Shown here in pieces: positions 1 through 9,953 of a stretch of DNA of 22,209 bases (positions are counted from its first letter, which is position 1; every line of letters starts with the position of its first letter). A model generated the notes under the pieces. It saw nothing but the letters and a program-made list of their open reading frames with translations. It had not been told where the DNA came from and did not search any database. The position numbers and the translations under genes are program-made. The DNA lies in assembly GCA_905250005.1 (NCBI GenBank), contig CAJNOH010000455.1:59029-81237 (forward strand). The letters run 5' to 3'. The DNA is from Rotaria sordida (lineage: Eukaryota).

Positions 1-3000
1 TACTAATTTATTGCAATCAATCAAAGAATCATAATTGTTGTAAAAAACAAAACCAGTTTCATCTTTGTCACCCACTTTCAACAATAGTCGATGAAAATCA
101 GCTTTGCCATTCTATACGAGGACCGACTCATCGATCACGCGAAGGATGTTCCACATAATAGTTGAGTAACGATAGCATCTGTTTCAGTATTTTACAACAA
201 TCGACCAGTAGGAAATACACGATAGTGATTATGTAGGCGAAATTCGAGTTCAATATAATGGTTTATGAGTGATGCTAAGAAAAAGAATTCAATAATTTCG
301 TATCTTCACAATTCAGAAAATAGACCGTGTGACATCATCGTTAGAAGGAAATCGTTGAAGAAATGTGCAGCAATTTCTATGCGAATTTTATCTTTGTCGG
401 CGGTCGATACAAAATTGAGTTGAACAAGTCGATGATCGAAGAAAAAGGAAGACACAAGGTCTGCCAACATATTAGCCATAATCATTTGTTTCTTCATCAT
501 CACGAAATATACCGAATAATTGTGTCTGAATAAGTGAGACTGATTGATTTTCAGCCATATTTTTGTCGTATATAATTGTAAACTACCATGTACAACTGTA
601 GTAGATCATCGTGTCGCGTCTTACACTATCTAATAGAACCGTTCATGACAAATATGCGCGAGACACAGGTTTTTTTCTAGATTAATTAAAAAAAAAAAGA
701 CTTGATTTGACTTGTTTATCTGTAGTTTACAACCATTTCGCAAGATGATTGCATATCATCGTCGTTTACAATCATGAACAGTTTATCTAGGTGTTGAGCT
801 ATCGAAGTTTTTGTTCCATAACTAACATGTCTCCCACATCGTACTGCTATCATAAATATGCTATATTTATTCGATGCCAAATGAGATGCAGAAACATTGG
901 ATCTCCTACGAAAAATGAACTTTAGTGATAATCTATAGATTGACGAAGATCTTTGCTGTACGATAATGCAATTTAACATGATATTCAGATGTTTAGGGAT
1001 TAAATATTAAACTGAAACGTCTAGAAATTTAATAACATGAGTCTTTTCTAGAATTTCTCGATATGAAACAATCATTATCAGTACCCGATCCCAAACTAAA
1101 TGGCCGTACGTAATCAGTGCTTCCGCTGTATCACTGGCTAATGTGTATATTATCGTTGCAAGTTTAATCTTTTATCGCTTTACGTTGTTGTCTGTGTCGT
1201 CCTTATTATTTACTCTTCATACATACTTCTCTCCACTATGATTTTTCTCTCGTTGCTTGTTTTTATCTTTTCTTCCTTTTGATTAGTTTTTCTCCCGACC
1301 TCTGTTACCATATCTCGTAGCCATCTCTTGTCGATGTTGTTCCAATTTATTCTGTTTCTATTCTTTTCTTTTCTCCTATAATGGCCTTCTATTCGTATAT
1401 ACTCGTCTCTTTTCTGTTCTTCTGTTCTCTTTTTTTTCGGATTTCTCAGTTTTTTCACCCTCTCATAGCGAGTACAGCAGAAGAAATTTTCTTTTTTTTT
1501 TGTTATTAGACTATTTTTCACATCAGATTTGATCAAACATATTTCGCTTTGTTTTTGAAAAATGGAGAATTTTTTGTTGATTTTATCGATATATCCTCTT
1601 TGAAAAAACAGATATCGAACATTCACGTTTCATAAAAAATATGGAATACTCATAGTTACCATCTGTTCTATTCTTCAACCCCTCACAGAGACTATATAAT
1701 ATGTGAATTCAAAACGCCACTGCTAAGCGCTTCCCTTCGGTAAAATATAATTTTTCTTCGAGAAGAAAATACATTCACGTGATCCAAATGCAGCATGATC
1801 AAGTATAGGAACGAAAATCTCCTTTAGATATAAAACTAAGTTTTCGAACAAAATTTTCGTATGTTAAAAGACGCGTGTAAGTTATATCGAATTGTCGTAG
1901 TTGGATCCCTTTTCATTTATAGATGATAATCTCAATTTTGCCATAAAAACATACTAATAAAATCAACGCAAAAGATTGTGATCGAATCTAACTTGAGAAA
2001 ATAGCTTAATAAACATCGGAAATTTTCTCTGCTGTACCCGTTAGTTTTAAATAAAGTGATACCAGAAATCAATAAAATTTTTTGTTGTGTTGACGATATT
2101 TTCATAATCGCATCGGCTGTGTTACATCTATCAATCCATTTCGAACAGAGTTTTGAAAGTAAGGAAAAAATAATTTCTGCTTTTGATCAAAATCACGCAA
2201 AAGAAAACTAGTTACTGTAGGATAATGAAAACGATATATATATAAGATAGATATTTTTTCGTGAAAACAGGATTCTTTTTACATGTTTAGATAATTAAAT
2301 TATGATTCAAACCCCAACCAATCTATTTCGTTGACCAAAGCTCAGTAGGTAAGGCGTCTTTGAATATGTTTTTTTTTTTAACAAAAAGAGAACTTTAAAG
2401 AGTCATTTGTGTATGGTAACAGGAACAATAGCTCCATATTTAGTGTCAAAAAAATGTAATATCTATCAAAATAAAATGCAGTACGCTTCTAAACATATCA
2501 AAGAGTGTATATCTAAATAGAAATGGATAGTTCTTCTTCTTTGAGTTTTCTTCACAAAATATCCGTTATTTTTTTATGAAACACGATTGTTAATGGATGG
2601 TGAAATACAATGATGTTTAGCATTATTTAGATAGAGAGAATACTTCGATTAATTTTATCAATATGAACACAGAGTTTGATGAGAATATATTAAAATAGAT
2701 TCGATCTCCTTCTCTCGATCAAAAAAGAACTCATTGGCTAGGATGCCGTATCTGTGGTTGGGAAGATCATTAAAGCAATCTAACAGGGTAGAAACAAGAA
2801 CGCTTCGGAAGAGATGAGCTACCTTCGAAACTATTGAGAGTAGATGATTATCCTCGGACAGAGTGGTGATCTGAAAATGTTCCTTGGTAATAATGAACAA
2901 GAGATCACGATTCAAGACTCAACCATAGCAATATTAATACGCTTGTGTAAGAGTGAGGATGATCAGCGCATCTATGACAACTTTTGTCCGCGATGAGAAA

Positions 3001-3612
3001 ACACTGTCCTTTAGCAGCAGTTAAATGATCACAAGGAACTGCATTACTAATTAGTTTCTGAGAATCTTGCAGTAATTATAAATATCTCAAATTTATTTAG
3101 AGAGCGACAGTGAAAACGTTTGATCAAAACTCGAAAAGTATCAGAAATGAGCTTTTGTGTTTGCATTGTGCCGAATTTGACAATGATTCAACATCCTTAA
3201 TGCAGAAAGTTGATATCGAAATACTTCTTAACAATCCTAAACATTTTTTATCACTTTCGTTTTGTTCAAATACATAAATATGAATTAGTGCACAACACAA
3301 ATTTATGAATGACATGACTGTTTAAGAGAGTGTATTTAACTTCAAACAACAAGATCTGTCAATAATTATGAAAAAAAAGTAGTATTCGTCATTCAATCAT
3401 GCTCCAATTTATTGAATTTTTTTAGATAATACATATCTTTTTTTTAGCATCATTGTCGATTAGTACTGTTCAACATCGAATAAATTCCTCTCTCGAATCC
3501 AATTTAAACTCATTCAAGTATCTTAGCCAAAAAAACTTGCCATTGATACGATTCTCATTTTAGACACGTAAGATTCACATACATCCAACTTGAACAAAGA
3601 ACTGAATAACAT

Positions 3613-5473
3613 ATGGCGATGACAGAACATTCAAGTGTTGTTTCACCACTACTCACTGATCTCTATCAAATTTCGATGGCCTATGCTTATTGGAAAAGTG
3701 GCAAACATCAAGAGGAATCTACATTCGATCTATTTTTTCGTAAGAATCGTAAGTGAATCAAATGTGTTTTCTGTGTCAAAATAAAAAGGTTCCTGTCAAA
3801 TATGTATGTGTGTAGCATTTGGTGGTGAGTTTACATTGTTCGCTGGCCTTGAAGATTGTCTAAAATTTGTACAAAATTACAAATTTCAAACATCCGATAT
3901 TGATTATCTTCGCAAAGCATTACCAGACTATATCGAAAAGGAATTTTATGATTTTCTATCGACACTTGACATGAATGATATTAGAATTTATGCAATGCCT
4001 GAAGGTAAAATTATGTGTTTATATACTTTCTTCTATATTCTCTTAATTTGTCATTTAGGTTCTGTGGCTTTTCCTCGCTTGCCGTTGCTTCGCATCGAAG
4101 GACCTCTTCTTAAAGCACAACTACTCGAAACAACTCTTCTAACACTGGTCAATTTTGCCAGTCTAGTAGCAACGAATGCCGCGCGATTTCGCACGGCGGT
4201 AGAACCCCAAAAAATATTACATGAATTCGGTCTCCGACGTGCACAAGGTCCAGATGGAGGTCTTAGTGCCTCCAAATATTGTTATTTAGGTGGATTTGAT
4301 GGTACGTCAAATGTACTAGCTGGTAAACTATACGGAATTCCCATTCGAGGTAAACATCTGTGATAAAAAATTTGCCACTCTCCTAACTTTTGAAATTAGG
4401 AACACATGCACATGCTTTCGTTAGTTCATATCAAAATCTTGATGAGCTGAAAGTTCGAGAATTATCCGATCGAATCACTGGTGAATCACGTCCATTTGCT
4501 CAGTTGTGCTTGAAATATCTCGATGAACTTGGTTCAATACTCAAAATCTTTCCTGACCAAACTAGCAAAGGCGAATTGGCTGCATTTATTGCCTATGCTA
4601 TCTCGTTTCCTTCTGGTTTCTTGGCTTTGGTCGACACATACGATGTTCTCAAGTCCGGTGTTCCGAATTTCTTGGCTGTCGCTCTTGCATTACACGAATG
4701 CAATTATGAAGCACTTGGTCTTCGTTTGGACTCCGGTGACTTGGCCTATTTATCATTGAGAGTACGAGCGAATTTTGTTGAAGTTGCTCAAAAATTCAAT
4801 CTATCTTACATCGAACATTTGAATATCGTAGCAAGTAATGATATCAATGAGGATACATTACATTCATTGGAAAAACAAGGACATGCAATTGACACATTCG
4901 GTATTGGAACACATTTAGTCACATGTCAAAAACAACCTGCACTTGGTTGTGTCTATAAATTAGTCGAAGTAAGTGTCTATTAGTCGAGAAAAAAAAGTCA
5001 TAAGAGTTGAAAACTATTCATTATTCTCGGTTCAGTTGAATGGAAAACCATGCATCAAAGTAAGTCAAGATATCGAAAAAGTGACAATACCTGGTCGAAA
5101 GAATGTTTACCGATTCTACGATAGTAACGGTGAAGCTTTATGCGACTTGATGACTACAACTGACGAATCAGAACCGATACCTGGCACTCGAAAGCTCTGT
5201 CGACATCCATTTTATGAAACGAAACGTGCCTATGTTACACCAACAACGGTGCAAACTATGTATAAATTGTATTGGGCTAATGGTCAAATTCAACATGCAT
5301 TACCGACATGGCAAGAAGTTCGTATTTATGCCCAACAACAAATCAAAACAGTGCGTAAAGATCATCGACGAAATCTTAATCCGACGCCGTACAAGGTCTC
5401 TGTTACCGATCATCTCTATTTGTTCTTACATCGACTCTGGATGAATAGCGTACCGATCGGTGAACTTGCCTAA
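3613..5473 (+). CDS. NAPRT: Nicotinate phosphoribosyltransferase, five exons: join(3613..3748, 3816..4004, 4059..4349, 4400..4968, 5036..5473), 540 aa
   Basis: Spliced total is 1623 nt = 541 codons including stop. All four introns are GT..AG, 50-67 nt (GTAAGTG, GTAAAAT, GTAAACA, GTAAGTG donors). Exon 1 starts [45 protein letters not shown] and joins in frame to [12 protein letters not shown]. Family-typical strings include [116 protein letters not shown] and [26 protein letters not shown]. These match metazoan NAPRT by recall; no search was run. Confidence 0.96.
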
Positions 5474-5904
5474 TAATAGAATCAAAGAACAAATGAGAAC
5501 TCAAGACTTGAACTGGAATGAATTGATTGACTGCTGTTCGTGTTTATGTACTTTAGTCTTTTTTATTTGTATTTCATCTGCTACACCTTAGAATACATAT
5601 TAGCTCTCTAGTTCATGCCTACGTATTCCTTTCTTTCTTTCTTGCCTATATTGTTATGTCGTTGATTATGTTACGTATGAACAAAACGTATAGAATGAAG
5701 AGCAAGTTACTTTTCTAATAATAAGTGATTCTTTTTCAATTATTCATTCAAAACTTTAGAATTGTTGTATTGAAACTTCGACTAGATTATGACGAACACC
5801 AATTACACACGGAACAATCTATCAATCACATTAAAATTATTTCAAAATAATGTTACATTAAACAATCGATAGTATTATTATACCAAATGTGCGTAGTATA
5901 GAAG

Positions 5905-5968
5905 TAGGGTGTGGGTATGGATGTTAGTCTTCTCTTCAACCATATCCATATCCAAAGTCACATCCTCA
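5905..5968. repeat. Degenerate copy of the same G/T-rich inverted repeat type
   Basis: agtagggtgtgggtatggatgttagtcttctcttcaaccatatccatatccaaagtcacatcctc shares the order of parts with 6173..6247 (agggtgtgggt..., cttctcttc centre, C/A-rich right half). Confidence 0.5.
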
Positions 5969-6172
5969 ATTTAACTTTGAGAAGTGTAAAATTTTTTCTC
6001 ATTTTGTAACAATTCGTCCGGAAAAATTTTCGCACATCTACAAAAAAACCATGTATTTTCGATTTGTGCTCAGAGAAAATGATTAAAAACAAAGCTTTTT
6101 GCTCGAAAAATATTTCAAACTCGTCGGATACGATTAAGCTATGGATAGAGAAATCCTAACGATGTACTTATG

Positions 6173-6247
6173 AAGGGTGTGGGTGTGGGTACGGGCGTAC
6201 TTCTTCTCTTCATCCACACCCAGAACAACATGTACACCCACACCCTT
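6173..6247. repeat. Inverted repeat with telomere-like TGTGGG arms
   Basis: Left arm aagggtgtgggtgt and right arm acacccacaccctt are a 14-bp perfect inverted match about 75 bp end to end. Confidence 0.75.
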
Positions 6248-6730
6248 ATGCTCATACCTACATCCTACTGAGTCATTCCAATAATACACATAATCGGATC
6301 GATAATCTAGCTATGAATTAGTTTCACAAAAAAATTATGAAAAGTCTCTAAATTGGAGACTATTTTTAATGGAATGAACGTGAGAGTCGTCGTAAAGTCG
6401 CCAGTCCAGCCTCTCAGCTTTCGAACACGAGTAAGTCTGCTTCATTCTAACCGATATGTCAATTATCTAGAAAAGAAGTCTGATGGAGCACCTCTGTCCA
6501 AGCCATTAGCAGCCATCACAACAAGAGTGCGGATGTAAGTGTCATTTTAATGCACAAGCAAGCTATGCACACGCTACAATCACATCCCACCACACAGTCA
6601 CATCCACAAATAACAATCATATGAGTATGACAAGATTCATAATTATTGAAAACGAAATGTAAAAAATTGATGAATCATTATGTTAGTCAGTAATTCACTA
6701 ATGTTCAATGTCAATGGGGAAAAAAATCTT

Positions 6731-7651
6731 TTATTCATAATCGTATTGAACTATGTATTCAGGATATGCTTGATAATGATTGAAAATACAAAATTCATCG
6801 ATCTGATGTGTATTGGAAAAGTGTACTGCATGAAAGCCTTGTGGCGGTGATTGAAGACCATTTTTACCTAGTGTCGTTTGTCCAAGTAGTACTTGACAAA
6901 TAAAAAGTTCACGCCGATGAGGAGTCTTTTTCATCACATATGGATCATTATTTGAATAGCTTGCATTTAAAGCAAAATAGATCCCATCACCGATGAGACC
7001 GTTCGGACAATAACTCCAATAGAAACCATGAAAAGTAATCAATTTTTGTTGTGATAACGAAGCAGTACCATGAATAAGACGTGTACTAGTACATTGAATT
7101 TTTTGTTGTACTTGTTGATAAATATTCCACAATCGAATATTTTGAATTCGAATAATTGAATAGATCACTGTAGATGGACGTCCAAGTGATTTAATAAAAT
7201 AATTAGATACCTCTTGAAATTCTTGAGATGATTGAGTGAGTGGAATCAATTGCACTGATGAGTCACTTGGGGACGTATTAGTCCAATGGGAAGGAAATTG
7301 AATGGTTGGATCAACAATTGTATCATTTCGAAGTGCTAATTCTTTTTGTAGGATACCCAAAATAGAATTACCAATGCGAGATTGTCCTTGTGCTTGACGT
7401 TGACTAAAATAATCAACAAGATCTTTCACTTCTAAATCGGTTTTCGTCATAACAAAATTGTAGGGATCATTGGTTAATTGTGCGATTTCATAATTGATTC
7501 CATCAACCACTTTATCGTATAGATTGTTTGATACTATCGCTTTTCCATTGTTCCATAGTGTGTCAAGTTCTTCCTGAAGTTGGCACAATTCATGTAGTTG
7601 AAGACTGCCAAGATAACGAATTCCTTCGCTAGCTAATTTGCTTGCATACAT
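6731..7651 (-). CDS. Protein with C-terminal PARP/ADP-ribosyltransferase catalytic domain (PARP14/10-like architecture); 5' end possibly incomplete, upstream exon(s) likely
   Basis: The minus frame is open 7693..6731. The listed first residue at 7693 is TTG; the first ATG is at 7651. PARP-like strings: IQNIRLWNIYQ, RLIHGTA, GFYWSYCPNGLIGDGIYFALNASYS, RRELFICQVLLGQTTLG, FHAVHFSNTHQIDEFCIFNHYQAYPEYIVQYDYE. A possible acceptor (ttagtccag) lies just upstream, so the start may be exonic continuation. Confidence 0.8.
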   Translation of the reverse strand: MYASKLASEGIRYLGSLQLHELCQLQEELDTLWNNGKAIVSNNLYDKVVDGINYEIAQLTNDPYNFVMTKTDLEVKDLVDYFSQRQAQGQSRIGNSILGILQKELALRNDTIVDPTIQFPSHWTNTSPSDSSVQLIPLTQSSQEFQEVSNYFIKSLGRPSTVIYSIIRIQNIRLWNIYQQVQQKIQCTSTRLIHGTASLSQQKLITFHGFYWSYCPNGLIGDGIYFALNASYSNNDPYVMKKTPHRRELFICQVLLGQTTLGKNGLQSPPQGFHAVHFSNTHQIDEFCIFNHYQAYPEYIVQYDYE

Positions 7652-8214
7652 ATTCGGTTTTGTTCGACAGATATTCGGATGAATGCAAAACAAAAACTGG
7701 ACTAATTTTCAATGCGAAAATGTGTTTAATGATTTTTATTTCTTATAGGAAAAAAAAACTACTGACACCATGATTGTGAAAGATGTTTATGAATAATTGT
7801 AAATATACATGAAAGAACGAACGAAAAAAAAAACAATTCTTGACAACATCGTCATCAGGTGTGTGCGCATGGTCGACATTAATAGAAGCATCACAGTGTA
7901 ATATAAGTTAAATTAAAAATAGCTACAGCAGAAGACAGACATATGTTTTACATTAAAATTATCAATCAAATACTGTCTGTCGTTATTTGATCAATCCATC
8001 GCAGACTTTTTACATTGAAAACCATATGAACAGAAACGGAAACAACATAATCTCTCTTTCATGCATCAAGTTTACTTTATAGCTGCAATCGAGTTGGCTT
8101 ACTCATTTGCCTTTTTTTTCTAAAAAAAAAGAACACATTAAGTTTCCATATAAGCAAACAGTACATGTGCTACCCCTCTCTTTCGAGCTGTCGTGCATAA
8201 CTACTTAATTTTGG

Positions 8215-8275
8215 GAGGGTGTGGGTGCGGATACGAGCGAAGACAGGATCCATCCACACACCCATCCACACCCTC
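8215..8275. repeat. Inverted repeat with TGTGGG-like arms
   Basis: Left arm gagggtgtgg and right arm ccacaccctc are a 10-bp perfect inverted match. Inner halves are also G/T-rich versus C/A-rich (gtgcggat / atccatccacacacccat). Confidence 0.7.
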
Positions 8276-8661
8276 AGGTGATGCCTGTGACGTCCCAGGC
8301 CTCATTGCCAGCATCTTAGTTTTCGGTAAACAACAAACTATCTTTCAGAAAAGATTAGGCCTATCAAATGACTTCTTCAATCAGGTGCCGATCTGAGCAT
8401 AACTACTTGAGAAGTTTCTCTAAGGCCGGAAGAACTCTTTGAACAGTTTATTTCATCTAAGCTGAAATGTGGAAAAAGATCAGATCACATTACTTTTACA
8501 AGCACTTCATCAGTTTCGAAGTTTTGCCAAATGGTCCTACGCACGCCCCACACCAACACCCGCACTCCAGGCTGAAGCCCAGACTCACAGATCTATTATG
8601 GAAGTTTAGAAGATACATCAACCTAACGACGAGAAAACAGAACACTGCATTTAACGCGGAA

Positions 8662-8796
8662 GAGTGTGGGTGTGGGTGTGGGTGGGTGTGGGTGTGAGAT
8701 GTGGGTGGGTATGAGTGTTATCATTCCCTCTTGGTATACCAACACCCACACTCACATCACACACCCCATCCACATCCACATCCATACACCCACCCT
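8662..8796. repeat. Larger imperfect foldback: (GTGTGG/TGTGGG)n arm, about 20-bp spacer, C/A-rich complementary arm
   Basis: agtgtgggtgtgggtgtgggtgggtgtgggtgtgagatgtgggtgggtatgagtgt (8662..8719) faces aacacccacactcacatcacacaccccatccacatccacatccatacacccaccct (about 8740..8796). Confidence 0.7.
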
Positions 8797-8999
8797 TTGA
8801 CATCCATTCTTGGCTGCTTGGTTTTGCTTTCAAAGTGAGAAAACTGCAAGTCTCTATCTTATTCCTATGAAACATGATTCACCAGACGATTACACTTCTT
8901 TTATTTTGAAACAAAGAATATTTTACAGTAAAGATTTTTCTTTTACATCGAATAATTTCTAATATTCATATAAGTTCAGATCATGACTGTTAGTAATAT

Positions 9000-9953
9000 T
9001 TACATAGGTATTGTGGCCACTTTATTCGTTTTATTCTTTTGCTGAATACAAGTAGAAATAACAGGTGGATTTCGCCTGCAAAACTGTTTCCAATAGATTT
9101 CAGGCATGCCAATTAGACAAGCAAATGGGTGCAATACAGCAATGAGATAGAATAGATAGAAAAAATATAATTGTTGAATAATCACACTAAGACTTGTCGG
9201 ACCATTAATCACTTGATAACATTGGACAAATCCAAATGGAAGATAACCACATGAATAGAGAATAGATACAGGAAGAAATTGTAAGATCATCTTGCGATGC
9301 TGTCGCCATTCCACTGCACGTCGCATCCGGCGATACTTTTGCCAAAGAACACGAACCCATAGTCCTATATTCAGAATAACAATGAGAATAGATGGAATAA
9401 CAGTGTGAGCAAATTGATCGAAGACACCCAATGCCGGAGGATCAAAGACAAAGCATAAACCAGCACAGACTACTTGATTGTAGTGGAAATGGTTTTCACA
9501 TGGATGAATAAAAGCAATATATGTGTAAAACAAAATGCAATACCCGAAAATGACAACCAATGGAGTATAATGTATGAAGAAACGTTTTCGTTGTGTACTG
9601 AGCAATTGTTGTTGGTGAAAAATAAGAATATGTCGTTCAATTGATTGCCAAAGCATCAATATAGAAACGAGTGCATAGAGAAGCAAATCGATAAAATTCC
9701 AGATGCGACAACAGGCGTCAGTGCTGGGACTGACAATACCAGTGCGTAAGAAGTTGAGAATCATGGAGAGATCGACAACGACAGTAATGAGACCAACGAA
9801 TAGCAAGACAAGTGAAGCATGATTGTGGAGCGCTCGAAGCGTAGCTCGATTAGATACAATGTGATAGATTAAACCGATATAACAAGCAATCGATGGAATT
9901 TGAAGGGATAATAGAACACTAAACTTAATATGACGACTCTCGATTGTCTCCAT
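9000..9953 (-). CDS. Rhodopsin-like seven-transmembrane G-protein coupled receptor, single exon
   Basis: Open frame from ATG at 9953 (the ORF-track start at 9965 is TTG). About seven hydrophobic segments are visible. An ERH motif after TM3 (MLWQSIERHILIF) sits at the DRY position. Conserved-style cysteines occur in the TM3 region and ECL2, and TM7 reads LYFFYLFYLIAVLHPFACLIGMPEIYWKQF. Orphan-type invertebrate receptor. Confidence 0.78.
   Translation of the reverse strand: METIESRHIKFSVLLSLQIPSIACYIGLIYHIVSNRATLRALHNHASLVLLFVGLITVVVDLSMILNFLRTGIVSPSTDACCRIWNFIDLLLYALVSILMLWQSIERHILIFHQQQLLSTQRKRFFIHYTPLVVIFGYCILFYTYIAFIHPCENHFHYNQVVCAGLCFVFDPPALGVFDQFAHTVIPSILIVILNIGLWVRVLWQKYRRMRRAVEWRQHRKMILQFLPVSILYSCGYLPFGFVQCYQVINGPTSLSVIIQQLYFFYLFYLIAVLHPFACLIGMPEIYWKQFCRRNPPVISTCIQQKNKTNKVATIPM

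Noticed and set aside
1210-1626. 138-aa minus ORF rich in K/R/E/N
   Set aside because: Lies over a pyrimidine-rich stretch of the + strand; composition looks low-complexity, with no recognisable domain.
2325-2370. tRNA-like A-box string (aaagctcagtaggtaaggcg)
   Set aside because: No matching B-box or cloverleaf can be drawn downstream, which runs into poly-T; not a tRNA.
1-3315. Short minus ORFs at 306..503, 2658..2915 and 3124..3315
   Set aside because: Partly protein-like, but I could not assemble exons with supported splice sites or recognise a family, so no gene is called.
4051-4275. Minus-strand ORF inside NAPRT
   Set aside because: Antisense shadow of NAPRT exon 3, which has strong homology-like content on +.
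4523-4759. Plus ORF in alternate frame within NAPRT exon 4 (likewise 5214..5444 in exon 5)
   Set aside because: Out-of-frame shadows of the true coding frame.
8193-8875. Small ORFs with GCGCGY, HTHTHP or DVDVDG strings
   Set aside because: Peptides largely arise from translating TGTGGG-like and complementary repeats.
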